From a virus (lineage: Duplodnaviria > Caudoviricetes): DNA of 64,000 nucleotides. The stretch spans positions 32,001 to 96,000 of IMG/VR virus record IMGVR_UViG_2595698451_000001. One strand, given 5' to 3'. The position numbers were made by a program, and so were the translations under genes. Positions 26,293 to 37,492 of the stretch are shown in pieces. The notes under the pieces were generated by a model. That model was given only the letters and a program-made list of their open reading frames with translations, had not been told where the DNA came from and made no database searches. The stretch's first letter is position 1. Every line of letters begins with the position of its first letter.

Positions 26293-29200
26293 ATGTCTAT
26301 TGCAACAGGACAGATTACATTAACGGATTACAATGATGCTATCACACTCACAGGTTTTATCACAGCTAACAGCCCGAGAATGCAGCAGTACAATCCAGAT
26401 AATGAAACATTCAACCCAGACTGGACTAAGAATCCGTTAATTCTAACAGCCTCCCTTTACATCATGGGAGACACAGATAACATCATCTCAAGTAATGATG
26501 TTCAAAAAGTTGAGTGGTTTGATGCGGCTAATCCGGGGACCCCTCTTACGACAGGTGGACCTTATAGTGTAAACCGTGAGACCCTCACTATTAAACAAAA
26601 CATCCTTTCAACGAAGCCAGCTGTAGATTTCATATGTCAAGTTACATACCGAGATAGTACAACTATGCTGGACATCCTCACAAAAATGAGTATCTCATTA
26701 AGCCGGGTGACTAACGGCAGCGGAATCACATCTGCTTCCGTATGGATGCCTAACGGAAACATTTTCAAGAACGACCAGATAGCTACCCTTATCGCAGAGT
26801 GCGATTTATGGAGAGGTGGGGTAGTAGACAACACAAACGTAGCGTACCAGTGGTACAACCAAGACCCGTCTATCACAACAGATCAAGGCGGGGGTCTAGG
26901 CTGGAGAAAACTTACTGATAGTACCAACAGCGGCGAGACTGGGTACACTACAAGGCAGCTTACTGTCCCGGCAAGTGCTGTCCCTAGTTTCGAAGTATAC
27001 AAGTGTATCGTAACTGATCTGGACACGGCGAGCAATACATACAACGAAACCTTTCAAGGAACTGCTGCCTTTATTGACCAGTCTGACCCGATCCAAATGT
27101 CAATCACATCTACAGGAGGAGACGTATTCAAAAATGGGGTGGGTTCCTCAGACCTAACTGCTCATATGTTCCGGGCAGGGGATGAGATAGACGAAGACGG
27201 TAAAGAGTATACATATAAATGGTATAAGTACGATAAGGACGGAGTTCTTGTACCGGGGTTTGGTGGTGCAAACAATTACAAGACAGGGAAAACGATCACA
27301 GTAACCAGTGATGATGTAGACACTAAGGCAACCTTCTTATGTGAAACCTCCGCAGCAGTAGGTCAGTTCACTGTATATGACATTACAGATGTGATTGTTA
27401 GCAGCACTGAGCCTGCGAACCCCGTTAATGGGACTATTTGGCTTAACACTTCTGGACAGCCTCCGTACCGATTCTTTATGTACAAAGATGGGGTATGGGA
27501 AACTACAGATTACGACAGCTTAGAATCCCTAGACCCAGATTCATATGAAAAGGTTCGGGACGCCTATAATGCGATTACTGACCTTGATATGGATAACCGT
27601 TTAACAAGATATGAGCGCAGCGTAGTACGAGGAGAGCTTGCAAACATTATCGGTACATATCTGAGCAGTACAGCGGCTATGCCAACTATTGAGGAAGTAG
27701 ATGCGAGCGGAGTAGGTGCACTATACTCTATCAGGCAGCAGGCTAAAGACATCGGGGTTTCTACTTCGAACACCAACTATGTACGTTTGGGCGAAGCCTA
27801 TACAGCACTCCGTACATACTTATCCGGGCTGGCGATAAAGCCGTGGGACATAGATTCAGAGGGAACTCTAGACATTGTGAGTGAAGACTGGGATAACGCA
27901 TGGAAAAATTATTACCTAGCGTACAACTTCCTTGGAATTACTGTTACTAACCGCCAGAAGGAGTATTCTGATCTAGTAGGGGAAGGCGCAGTTCAGGATG
28001 CGATTAAAGCCGTTAGTAATTCCGCTCAATTTAAAGAAGCTCCAATAGCTAATCCGATGAATATTGACGCACCTATCGCAAGTTTAGGTCTCCCTACCTT
28101 CCAAGGTCGTCACGTTGATGTCTGGTCTATGTCTCCAGATGCACAGGCTAACTGGGCATTAGGGGGCAACAGAATAAAGCCGATCACAAACCCTACATTT
28201 AGTTCCGCAGGTTCGGTAGAGATCATCGGTAAATTTTATGGGGATGGTACGAACAACGATGAGTTTTCATGGGACAAAGAAGGACGCCCGGTAAAAACAA
28301 CTCGATGGGTAGATGCCTCCTTGGATAACTCCTTTACTTGGGTATTCGGAGCAGATGGGTCAGGGTATAAACAGGTAACTGTACCTGCGTTCTCCACAAT
28401 GGCTCCAGTAGACATGTCTGTAACAGCAGTCAAGCATAACGGAAATATCTTAACCACTATTGGAGACACCCTTACAGCCGCCGATCAGGTCATGCTTAAG
28501 AACGCTGATAGTGTTCTTAATATCACTGTAGCGGACACGGATAGTGGATGGGGAGAGACATACACTCCAGAACCTGCGGAGATTCTCGCATACTTCAATG
28601 GGTGGAAAATGTGCAATGGCACTTTTGGTCAACCCTATGATGGTACAGGTACCAAAGTGTGGTACCCAATCGGAGATTCAGACCTCTCTCGGGCTACTAA
28701 CTCCAGCGGTACAGCAAACCCGGTACCTACCGATGTATCCCCTACTATAAAGGAGCAGTCGATAAATCTATATCAGATTGTGTACCGAAACGACACGGCT
28801 ATTCAAGAGATCGTTCAGTTCGATGGTATTCTATCTCTTTTAGCAGGGGATAACGAAGTACAGATCACATACCCAGTAGACACACCGGAAATCACAACAG
28901 GGACCATTAAGTATGCAACAAACTTAGCAACTGTAACAGACAATCTTAAATACTGGATTCCTACACTCCAGCAGCGGGTGTCTAAAGCTGAAGAAGTGAT
29001 CACAGACGATGCTATTATTAACACAGTAACCCAGTCCACACAGTACCAGTTAACCCTAGCTAGTAAAGCGGATACGGATGCCTTGGCGGACTACGCAACA
29101 AACTCTGACTTAGACGATCTGTCTGGAGACATTGATGGGAGAATTAACAACGCCATCAATGCTATCGACTTCAGCCCGTATGCAACAAAGTCGGAGTTAG

Positions 29201-30006
29201 AACAGAAAGCCACAGACATCACAGCGAAGTTCCAAGCCGCAGGCGGTATGAACTTGATTAAAAACTCAATCGGTTTTGCTGACTTAGACTTCTGGGGATG
29301 GTTTTCTAACTATCCTGTAGAGACGATTAGTACGAATGAGTTAGATATCCTCGGGTTCGGTAGCGGGTTCCTTTACAACCCTGATGGTCATAACAAAGGG
29401 ATTACACAAGAAATTAATGTTATTCCGGGGCAGCCCTACACCTTGTCTTGGTATCTAAATAAGAGAACGAGTGGACCTGATTCGTCTTATAGGTTCTGGA
29501 TTCAAATACTAGAGAATGATGTAGTCACCCTTCAGGTAGCGGACAACAGTGCAAAGACTACTGTAGGTTACGAATCCAGCTATATGACGTATACTCCTCA
29601 ATCAGACGTCATGCAGGTGAGATTTATCGGGTATGCGAATGTTGATGCAACTCTCACAGGTATCATGTTAACAATCGGGGATGTTCCGTTGAAGTGGTCC
29701 CTTTCAACTGGAGAGGTATACAACACGAATATCCGTATGAACATCAACGGTATCCGAGTATCGCAGTTAGACGCTAATCGACAGGAGATCGGGTTCACTC
29801 AAATCACCCCGGAGGAGTTTGCAGGGTATTACGATACAGAAGGGAATGGCTCCTTCCAGAAGGTATTCTATTTAAACGGAGATGAAACGGTCACTAGAAA
29901 GCTGAGGGCTACTGATTCAATTGTGATGCAAGATATTCAGATCATTAACGTGGATACAGCTGATAGAAAAGGGTGGGCGTTTATTCCAAACATTGATACG
30001 GAGTAG
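26293..30006 (+). CDS. Large tail protein with Ig-like and carbohydrate-binding-like domains
   Basis: 1237 aa; GGMNLIKNSIGF..GITQEINVIPGQPYTLSW CBM-like segment. Confidence 0.7.
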   Translation: MSIATGQITLTDYNDAITLTGFITANSPRMQQYNPDNETFNPDWTKNPLILTASLYIMGDTDNIISSNDVQKVEWFDAANPGTPLTTGGPYSVNRETLTIKQNILSTKPAVDFICQVTYRDSTTMLDILTKMSISLSRVTNGSGITSASVWMPNGNIFKNDQIATLIAECDLWRGGVVDNTNVAYQWYNQDPSITTDQGGGLGWRKLTDSTNSGETGYTTRQLTVPASAVPSFEVYKCIVTDLDTASNTYNETFQGTAAFIDQSDPIQMSITSTGGDVFKNGVGSSDLTAHMFRAGDEIDEDGKEYTYKWYKYDKDGVLVPGFGGANNYKTGKTITVTSDDVDTKATFLCETSAAVGQFTVYDITDVIVSSTEPANPVNGTIWLNTSGQPPYRFFMYKDGVWETTDYDSLESLDPDSYEKVRDAYNAITDLDMDNRLTRYERSVVRGELANIIGTYLSSTAAMPTIEEVDASGVGALYSIRQQAKDIGVSTSNTNYVRLGEAYTALRTYLSGLAIKPWDIDSEGTLDIVSEDWDNAWKNYYLAYNFLGITVTNRQKEYSDLVGEGAVQDAIKAVSNSAQFKEAPIANPMNIDAPIASLGLPTFQGRHVDVWSMSPDAQANWALGGNRIKPITNPTFSSAGSVEIIGKFYGDGTNNDEFSWDKEGRPVKTTRWVDASLDNSFTWVFGADGSGYKQVTVPAFSTMAPVDMSVTAVKHNGNILTTIGDTLTAADQVMLKNADSVLNITVADTDSGWGETYTPEPAEILAYFNGWKMCNGTFGQPYDGTGTKVWYPIGDSDLSRATNSSGTANPVPTDVSPTIKEQSINLYQIVYRNDTAIQEIVQFDGILSLLAGDNEVQITYPVDTPEITTGTIKYATNLATVTDNLKYWIPTLQQRVSKAEEVITDDAIINTVTQSTQYQLTLASKADTDALADYATNSDLDDLSGDIDGRINNAINAIDFSPYATKSELEQKATDITAKFQAAGGMNLIKNSIGFADLDFWGWFSNYPVETISTNELDILGFGSGFLYNPDGHNKGITQEINVIPGQPYTLSWYLNKRTSGPDSSYRFWIQILENDVVTLQVADNSAKTTVGYESSYMTYTPQSDVMQVRFIGYANVDATLTGIMLTIGDVPLKWSLSTGEVYNTNIRMNINGIRVSQLDANRQEIGFTQITPEEFAGYYDTEGNGSFQKVFYLNGDETVTRKLRATDSIVMQDIQIINVDTADRKGWAFIPNIDTE

Positions 30007-30092
30007 TTCCCAAGGTACTTGCTGCTTGTATGGTATAATAGTTATACAGGCAGCTGAGTACCTTTTCTATAAAATCAAATGGAGGTATGTAA

Positions 30093-32972
30093 ATGGCGTT
30101 ATCAGGAACTATATCAAAGACAGTCCATACCCATTGGAGGTTGTCTATAGACTGGTCAGCTACACAGAGTGTTTCTAACAATTCCAGTACAATCACAGCT
30201 AAAATGTATTGGGAAGCTGTAGATGGGTACGGGGCGGTGTACTCTGATGCCACAAAAGACGGGGCAATATACATAGATGGAACAAAATACACTTTCAGTG
30301 GTGCCGGACTAGCCAAACTTAGTCCAAACCAGAAGAAGTTAATCGCTACAAAGTCTAAAACAGTAAAGCATAACTCTGATGGTACCAAGTCTTTCAGTCT
30401 AAGCGGGTACTTCAACTGTGATGTTAATATTAGTGGGCAGGTAGACTCAGTTAGTATCTCTTCTAAGACATTTACTTTAAACACGATCCCCCGTAAGTCT
30501 ACAATGTCCTCTGGAGGAGACTTTACAGCGGGAAGTGACCGGACAATTTCAATCTCCCGGGCATCCTCTTCGTTTTCCCATAAGCTGTATATCGACATCA
30601 AAGACTCTGGAGGAAACTGGGTTAATATCAAGTCCATAAACTTCTCTACATCAGAGACTTCGAAGTCTACATCTTTCTCGACTGATGAGAAGAAGACGAT
30701 ATTCCGAGCTCTGGATGAAAGGTCTTCAGCGCAAGTAAGATATAATCTCCACACGTTGAGCGGCAGTAACGATATTGGATATAATACCTACTATGGGACT
30801 GCAAATAGACCTAAGCTGAGTGTTGTCAACAAGCTTAATGGGCAGGCTGGCAGCTCTAATAGTGTATATATCGACCAGAGTTTAACAATTGACTTGACTC
30901 GATATGACAGCGAGTTCGATCATAAGGTGCAGGTCATCTGCGGATCGTTTACCAAAGAGTTTAATGGTGTAGGATACACACAGAGCTGGACTCCTACAGC
31001 GAGCGAACAATCTACACTATATGGTATACTAAATAATGTAATCAGCAAATCAGCAACCGTGAGAGTGTATACATACTATAATGGGGTTAGAGTAGGGTCA
31101 ACAGACTACGGGATGACGTATTATGTTCGGTCTAGTAACAATAAACCTACGTTTACAGACGCAGGTATATTCTATACTGACACAAACCCGACTACGCTAA
31201 ACATTACAGCAGATGACCAATATATCATTCAAGGGGTGTCTACTTTAAGCGTAGAGATACCTGTAGAATCAAAAGCCGTAGCTGTTAACGGAGCTACAAT
31301 GAAATCATACTCTATAACAGTTAACGGCGAGACTAAAAATGTAGCGTACTCCTCAACAAGTACAGTACACGCAGACTTCGGTACGATTAACTCTGCGTCT
31401 AATGCAACAATAAGCATTAAAGCGATTGACAGCCGGGGTCTTAGTACAGCGGTAACGAAGACAGTAAAAGTTGTCCCTTATGCGTATCCTTCTGTGACTA
31501 CTACAGCTAAACGTACAAATGGGTATGAGAGGACAACAACTTTGACTCTCCGAGGAGGATTATCCCCTATCGCAGTCAATGGTTCCAACAGAAACGCCCT
31601 AGAGTCCGCAAGGTATCGTTACAAGTTGACAGATGCCACCACCTACGGAAGCTGGAATAACTTTACAGTTACTGGATTCCCTTCCTACTCTGCAACAAAC
31701 GTACCTCTGGACTTGGATGAGAATGAGACTTGGGATGTGCAGGTAGAAGTATCCGACTCTTTAGGAGTCACAACAAAAACGATATCTGTATCCGCAGGTA
31801 GACCAATTATGTTCCTAGATGCCCAGCGAAAGGCAGTAGGTATCGGAGACTTCCCTTCCAATGAGTATGAACTGAAGATCAATGGTCGTATTGTATTTGG
31901 AGCGACATTTTGGGCTTCTGATAAAGGAGAAGGTTTCGGAGCTATCGACCTTAACAACTCAGATATCTCAAACGCCAACGGCATCTATTTTGCCGATGTA
32001 GCTCAAAACATGAATGGTGAAGGCTTAATGTTCTCCAAGTCAGGAGCTCAATACGGTTCAAAGGACCTTAACGATTACGATAACCTGATGGTGCGGGATG
32101 GTGTTTTGTATTTAAACGCCGCAGGATCAGAGATGAAGTTAGGGAACCACCTACAGATGCAAAACTACGACATTCGTAATGTTAACCATATCACCATTAA
32201 TGACCCCGGAGGAAACGAGGGCATTGAGTGGTTAGGCGGCAGTGGATGGAAGATTGTAGAGGCACCGAATAACCTGTCTAATACTGGAGGTCCCTTACAG
32301 TTTGCTACAGGGGATACTAGAAAGGCGACTATATCTACAACAGGCAACATCTACATCGCTGGGAATGTATTCAGAGGAGAGTCAGGAGGATACACTTATT
32401 TTGCAAGTCAAGCACAGGCTTGCCTCATCAGTGATGCTTCCACAGGTGCTTCAATACGAGTACATGTAGACGGTACAGGAGGTCGTGTATGGTCCAACGA
32501 TATTTACAACCGTACGTACAGTGGTTCTGCGAACATGCATGTTACGCCTGACGGTACATTGGGCAGAATAAGCTCATCAGCCAAATACAAAATGGAAATT
32601 AAAGAAATAGACACTGAAACACTAGCAGACCGTATACTCAAATTAAAACCTAAGTCTTGGTATGACAAAGCTGTTGTTGAAGCGCTTGTCAATAAGTTAG
32701 GTACCTCTATGAGTGATGAGGAATCTGGAGAGGAAATAGAGGGAGACATTCCGTACCTTGAAAGATACTACGGATTTATTGCAGAGGACTTAGTAGAAGA
32801 GGGCCTAGAAATGTTCGCTACCTATGGTGAGGCGGATGAGAACGGGAATCGAGAACTAGAGGGTATTGCGTATGACCGCTTGTGGATACTATTAGTCCCT
32901 TTAGTGGGTAAGCAGCGAAAACAGATTGAAGAGTTAAAAGCCAGACTAGATCAATTAGAGCAAACCAAATAG
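30093..32972 (+). CDS. Tail fibre/spike with C-terminal intramolecular chaperone (peptidase S74-like)
   Basis: S/T-rich beta N-terminus; SSAKYKMEIKEI..YGFIAEDL..IAYDRL..coiled-coil end. Confidence 0.8.
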   Translation: MALSGTISKTVHTHWRLSIDWSATQSVSNNSSTITAKMYWEAVDGYGAVYSDATKDGAIYIDGTKYTFSGAGLAKLSPNQKKLIATKSKTVKHNSDGTKSFSLSGYFNCDVNISGQVDSVSISSKTFTLNTIPRKSTMSSGGDFTAGSDRTISISRASSSFSHKLYIDIKDSGGNWVNIKSINFSTSETSKSTSFSTDEKKTIFRALDERSSAQVRYNLHTLSGSNDIGYNTYYGTANRPKLSVVNKLNGQAGSSNSVYIDQSLTIDLTRYDSEFDHKVQVICGSFTKEFNGVGYTQSWTPTASEQSTLYGILNNVISKSATVRVYTYYNGVRVGSTDYGMTYYVRSSNNKPTFTDAGIFYTDTNPTTLNITADDQYIIQGVSTLSVEIPVESKAVAVNGATMKSYSITVNGETKNVAYSSTSTVHADFGTINSASNATISIKAIDSRGLSTAVTKTVKVVPYAYPSVTTTAKRTNGYERTTTLTLRGGLSPIAVNGSNRNALESARYRYKLTDATTYGSWNNFTVTGFPSYSATNVPLDLDENETWDVQVEVSDSLGVTTKTISVSAGRPIMFLDAQRKAVGIGDFPSNEYELKINGRIVFGATFWASDKGEGFGAIDLNNSDISNANGIYFADVAQNMNGEGLMFSKSGAQYGSKDLNDYDNLMVRDGVLYLNAAGSEMKLGNHLQMQNYDIRNVNHITINDPGGNEGIEWLGGSGWKIVEAPNNLSNTGGPLQFATGDTRKATISTTGNIYIAGNVFRGESGGYTYFASQAQACLISDASTGASIRVHVDGTGGRVWSNDIYNRTYSGSANMHVTPDGTLGRISSSAKYKMEIKEIDTETLADRILKLKPKSWYDKAVVEALVNKLGTSMSDEESGEEIEGDIPYLERYYGFIAEDLVEEGLEMFATYGEADENGNRELEGIAYDRLWILLVPLVGKQRKQIEELKARLDQLEQTK

Positions 32973-32985
32973 GAGGAATTTTAAA

Positions 32986-33195
32986 ATGCCAGAAATTAAT
33001 AAAGAAAATGTCGAAAAAGTTGAAAATTCTAGGAACCCTGTAAACTACAACTACGTACTACAAGAGTACCAGCAAACCATCTCCCAACTTACCAGCGAGC
33101 TTGTATACCTTAAAGCAAGGGTGAGAACTCTTGAGGATGAACTGCAAGAAAGTAATGATAGCGAAGAAAAAACAGAACATAGACTAAAGAAATAA
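32986..33195 (+). CDS. Small coiled-coil protein
   Basis: AGGAGG RBS; 69 aa. Confidence 0.75.
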   Translation: MPEINKENVEKVENSRNPVNYNYVLQEYQQTISQLTSELVYLKARVRTLEDELQESNDSEEKTEHRLKK

Positions 33196-33208
33196 CGGAA
33201 GGTGACTT

Positions 33209-33823
33209 ATGGATATGCCAATTTTATCATCACTTGAGAAAAAAGTTTTAGAAGTTGGTTACGATGGATTATCTTTGAGCGAAAAGAACGATTACATTCG
33301 ATTAGTAGCTTCTAGAAAGCAAAAATTAGTAAACCAAGTTACAGAGCAGGATTTACTGGACTACCACAAGGAGTTTAAAATTTACGTTTTCCAAGTAACT
33401 TGTGACACGGAGATCGCTAGAGGCTTTACTGCTTCTAACGGTCATACCTACAGAACTAATCGAGAAGATCAAACAAACATGCTCGCAACGAAAATTCAAC
33501 TATCCGAAGACCCTACCATTACTGAGGTGTATTGGTTAACACAAGACGCAGGATACCTCATGCACACTAGAGAAGAGTGGTTGAAGGTTTACAATGAGGC
33601 ATTTGATCATAAGAAGCAATTAGTTTATAAGAACGGTGAGCTTCGTAAAATGATTGAGAATGCAACCACAGACAAGGAACTGGTAGCGATCAAATGGGAA
33701 AATCCGTTCCCTCCTGTTACTACTCCAGCTCCGGTTCCTGAACCGACACCTGAACCAGACCCAGAACCCTCTTCTGGTGAGACTGACAATTCATCCAGCT
33801 CTGAGGGTTCCGTATCTGAGTGA
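33209..33823 (+). CDS. DUF4376-like tail fibre accessory protein
   Basis: GFTASNGHTYRTNREDQTNM..LVAIKW; Pro/Glu tail. Confidence 0.65.
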   Translation: MDMPILSSLEKKVLEVGYDGLSLSEKNDYIRLVASRKQKLVNQVTEQDLLDYHKEFKIYVFQVTCDTEIARGFTASNGHTYRTNREDQTNMLATKIQLSEDPTITEVYWLTQDAGYLMHTREEWLKVYNEAFDHKKQLVYKNGELRKMIENATTDKELVAIKWENPFPPVTTPAPVPEPTPEPDPEPSSGETDNSSSSEGSVSE

Positions 33824-33867
33824 CTGCGTAAGCTTCTAGGTCTACTGACTTAGATGATTTAAGGGAG

Positions 33868-34359
33868 ATGGTGGTACATATGAAGACAATACAACCCGGA
33901 GATGTTATTTTTTATAGACCTACCGGATTTATAGGATGGGCAATCAGTAAAATCACAAAATCAGAGTATAGTCACGTAGCACTAGTCGTATCGCCGGACC
34001 ACATCATTGAGGCTAATAGGTTTATAAAATCGAGGATTGCTGACTTACACTACACGAAGGGGATACATAGTGTTTATCGGTTAAATAACCTACCTGCGGA
34101 TACTCGACTCAGGATTATAAACAATGCGCTGACTATGCTTGATGTTAGTTATGACTACTCTCAAATATTTGGATTGATGCTCCGCTTAGTATTTGACATA
34201 AAGACAAATGTATTCAACAAAGTTAACAAATACATCTGCTCTGAAATCATTGACAATGCTTTTGTAGCGGCAGGTGTACCGAGAAAAGATAAAGAGAATA
34301 TAGGAGACGTTACACCTCAAGAGCTTCTTGACAAGTATGATCTCCGCAAAGTGATCTAA
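33868..34359 (+). CDS. Permuted papain-like amidase (YiiX/YebB-like)
   Basis: QPGDVIFY..YSHVALV..YDY..YICSEII..TPQEL (His before Cys). Confidence 0.8.
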   Translation: MVVHMKTIQPGDVIFYRPTGFIGWAISKITKSEYSHVALVVSPDHIIEANRFIKSRIADLHYTKGIHSVYRLNNLPADTRLRIINNALTMLDVSYDYSQIFGLMLRLVFDIKTNVFNKVNKYICSEIIDNAFVAAGVPRKDKENIGDVTPQELLDKYDLRKVI

Positions 34360-34411
34360 GACAGGTGGATAACCTGTCTTTTCTTATATTATTAAAGAGA
34401 GGTGAGATAAC

Positions 34412-35164
34412 ATGCCAATTTCAGACGGTAAGTCTAACTTAAGAAAAATCGCTTTCCAAATTGGTGATACATTTTTCCGGTTCGCTATTAACCCGGAGAA
34501 CATGACAAGACCAAATCCACACAGGACAACAGCTATTAAAACAAAAAGTCGAATTGTAATAGAGGACTTCCAATCAGATATCCCTACGATTACTATATCC
34601 GGTACAACAGGGTTCAATCCTACAGGGCGTGAGGAAGACAGAGGAGTCAAGAAGATCAGAGAACTAGAGCAGTTTATCCGAGACTACTCTAGTATGGGAG
34701 GTAACGGTAGAACATCTGTTGACGATTTTTACTTCCATGACTTTACAAATGATGAGAGCTATGTTGTGCATTTATCTCCTGAAGGGATCACGTTTACACA
34801 AGATGTTAGTTCTCCGCTGCTATACCGCTATGAGATCAAGCTTGTGATTCTGAGACGTGCAAGTGAGCCAGCGGATGAGGACATTGTGGACCCGGAAATT
34901 GGAAATAGGTTCCCATCAATTTCTCCGGGGGATGGAAACCTGTCTCCTGATCTATTTAAGGATGACCCTCTGGAGGCTTATGACCCTTCTTCAGGAAACC
35001 CAGATGTCTATGGTGGAGGTAACAGTGGGGTGTACATCCCTCCACAGGATACGGAGCCGATAAACCCACAAGCTCCATCACCTAGTGCATACGCTTATGG
35101 GATGTCTGGGTTAGGCTACACTATAGGTTACTATGCCCGTTCGATTGGAGGTAAGATGTCATGA
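34412..35164 (+). CDS. Baseplate/tail tube initiator-like protein
   Basis: FRFAINPENM..ITISGTTGF; synteny; late motif upstream. Confidence 0.65.
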   Translation: MPISDGKSNLRKIAFQIGDTFFRFAINPENMTRPNPHRTTAIKTKSRIVIEDFQSDIPTITISGTTGFNPTGREEDRGVKKIRELEQFIRDYSSMGGNGRTSVDDFYFHDFTNDESYVVHLSPEGITFTQDVSSPLLYRYEIKLVILRRASEPADEDIVDPEIGNRFPSISPGDGNLSPDLFKDDPLEAYDPSSGNPDVYGGGNSGVYIPPQDTEPINPQAPSPSAYAYGMSGLGYTIGYYARSIGGKMS

Positions 35165-35679
35165 GCTACTCAGGAGACTTAATTAGATTCATCTCATCAA
35201 TCCCTGTTTTAAACGATGGGACGATTCCGCTGAATACAATTAATACCAATGAACCTTTTGTCTCAAAACTGTACGACCCTGTGTACTCTCTATCTACTCT
35301 TGCCCGAATCACTCAAGGGTACCTCGCAGATGGTACAATAGAGGGAGACAATAACACTTTAGACTCAGGAACTATTGTAAGTCAAGCACTCAATAGTGAC
35401 CTATCCTCTTACTCTCCAGACGTGTACCTGCTGCTACGGGCTGTCGTACTAGAGTCCTTCTCTTTAATTTACAACATCGAGAAGGTGCCGCAGAACTTAC
35501 AGTATGTAGGGACTAGAGACATACAGAACTGCAAAACAAACTTGAACTATATTGCCGACTACTTTAGTACGGAGTCTAAGTATTACCCGTTCATCGCTAA
35601 CTTGAGAGATATGAATGTATCTTTTGGGTACATCGAGAACCAAATTGATGTCATCATGATTGAAAGGGGTGGAAGATAG
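35161..35679 (+). CDS. Baseplate-region structural protein
   Basis: 172 aa, coupled to neighbours. Confidence 0.65.
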   Translation: MSYSGDLIRFISSIPVLNDGTIPLNTINTNEPFVSKLYDPVYSLSTLARITQGYLADGTIEGDNNTLDSGTIVSQALNSDLSSYSPDVYLLLRAVVLESFSLIYNIEKVPQNLQYVGTRDIQNCKTNLNYIADYFSTESKYYPFIANLRDMNVSFGYIENQIDVIMIERGGR

Positions 35680-36417
35680 TGAAGTTCGTAAAGCATATTA
35701 TCTCATATGGGGACACCATGCAAAGCATAGCTCAGCAAGAGTTAGGGGATATGACTCAATGGGTTAGTTTAGTCAAATTCAATAACCTAAAGTACCCATA
35801 CATTGTAGACACGGTAGAAGAGAAGATGAAAAAACCCGGACCACTTAGTAACAATCGGGGACACTCTTCTTATTAGGATATCCGATGATGCCCAGTCCAT
35901 CCTTATTAACGAGCTGAAGCGCTCTCCTGAATACGATCAGGAAGAGTTGTATGCTCTTGCCCTTGGGAAGGACTTAGACATTCTGCCATTACCTAGAGGC
36001 ATAGGAGACCCGGGAAGAGACTCAGAAACGTTAGAGATGAAGGGCAACAGTAGGGGAGGCATCGCTACTGTTCGAGGCATTCAAAACCTCAAGCAATCCT
36101 TGTACATAAGGCTTATTACTCCTAAAGGCAGCTACGTAGGTCATCCCAATTACGGGTCTGAACTACACAAGTATTTAGGGATGAAGAACACCGAGGAGAA
36201 TGCTGCTCTAATTGACTTAGAGATCGAGAGAACATTGAGGACCGACAGCCGGGTTAAGAAAGTGACGCTTAATCAGCACATCCTCAAAGGAAACTCTTAC
36301 GCTGTATCCTTCAGCGTCTCAACCCTGTCCTTAGAAGATGCCTTTGAGTTTGTATTATCCGCACAAAACAACGGTCCAGTAGTGTTACTGGATAATTTTA
36401 ATGACGCCATAGGGTGA
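35679..36417 (+). CDS. Baseplate wedge protein (LysM-like + gp25-like); apparent frameshift near 35832
   Basis: HIISYGDTMQSIAQQELGD; NLKQSLYIRLITPKGSYVGHPNYGS; an extra A in an A6 run splits the ORF. Confidence 0.8.
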
Positions 36418-36424
36418 AAGGAGA

Positions 36425-37477
36425 GTGACCATGAAGTTTAAACGTATGTCAGAAATATACTCACGTTTAGTTGACTACACAATTACAAACACAAGAGAGG
36501 TTAATGACTTCTCAGTCGGTAGTGCCATGAGAGCCCTATATGAGGCTATCTCGATTGAGTTAGAGCAGTTCTATATCCTAACAGAGGAGAACATAACTGA
36601 GGCTATTGAGCAGGGTGTATACAGCTCTTTTGGATTCACAAGGAAGAAAGCGATTCGAGCTTACGGTGTAGTACAAATTGCTTTACATAATGCCGCACAG
36701 CAGGACATGATTGTATCCCGAGGCTCCCGGTTCACTTCTAGCGAGTCAGAGTACCCTCAAGTGTACGAGACACTGGTTGATTACTATATCCCTAAAGGGT
36801 CCATCCTAGCTGAAGTCGAAGTTCACTGTTTGTCCCCGGGTTCGACTGGAAACATCCCCGAAAATGTACTGGACGTTATGCAGTCTCCATTAGCAAATGT
36901 TAAGTCTGTTACAAACCCGCAGGCATTCCAAACTGGGCAGGATGAGGAACCGTTAGAGGAGCTTCGTTCCCGCTTCAGATCATTCATTAAAGCATTAAGT
37001 AGAGCAACCGTTCCAGCTATCGAATACGGTGTGCGTACAGTGCCGGAAGTAGCGGGAGTGTACATTGAAGAAGAGACAGGTCGAGTAAACATATATGCTC
37101 ACGACCGAAACGGAAACCTTCCTGACTCTGTTAAGACTAAGATCGAGGAAGTAATGTATGAGTACCGCCCCGCAGGTATTCCGGTCCGTATTTTCCCTGT
37201 GACACGGAAAGCTATTGATGTAGACGTAGTAATTACCTTGACGAACAAAGCAGCCATCACAGACACATTTAAGAAGAAAATCCAAGATGAGATCACCAGA
37301 TACCTGAATAATATGCAGACTTCCCAAAGTCTAGTCCTATTAGACTTATCCAGCATTATCAAATATATAGATCGCCAGTTGATCTATGATGTCACATTCA
37401 AGAACCCTACCGGAAACGTAACCTTGAAAGGTTCTGAGATCATCCGGGCAGGAACAATCAAAGTAACCCTACAATAG
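36425..37477 (+). CDS. Baseplate J-like protein
   Basis: DFSVGSAMRALYEA..GQDEEPLEELRSRF..YRPAGIPV. Confidence 0.88.
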   Translation: MTMKFKRMSEIYSRLVDYTITNTREVNDFSVGSAMRALYEAISIELEQFYILTEENITEAIEQGVYSSFGFTRKKAIRAYGVVQIALHNAAQQDMIVSRGSRFTSSESEYPQVYETLVDYYIPKGSILAEVEVHCLSPGSTGNIPENVLDVMQSPLANVKSVTNPQAFQTGQDEEPLEELRSRFRSFIKALSRATVPAIEYGVRTVPEVAGVYIEEETGRVNIYAHDRNGNLPDSVKTKIEEVMYEYRPAGIPVRIFPVTRKAIDVDVVITLTNKAAITDTFKKKIQDEITRYLNNMQTSQSLVLLDLSSIIKYIDRQLIYDVTFKNPTGNVTLKGSEIIRAGTIKVTLQ

Positions 37478-37492
37478 GGAGGAGGAAAATGT

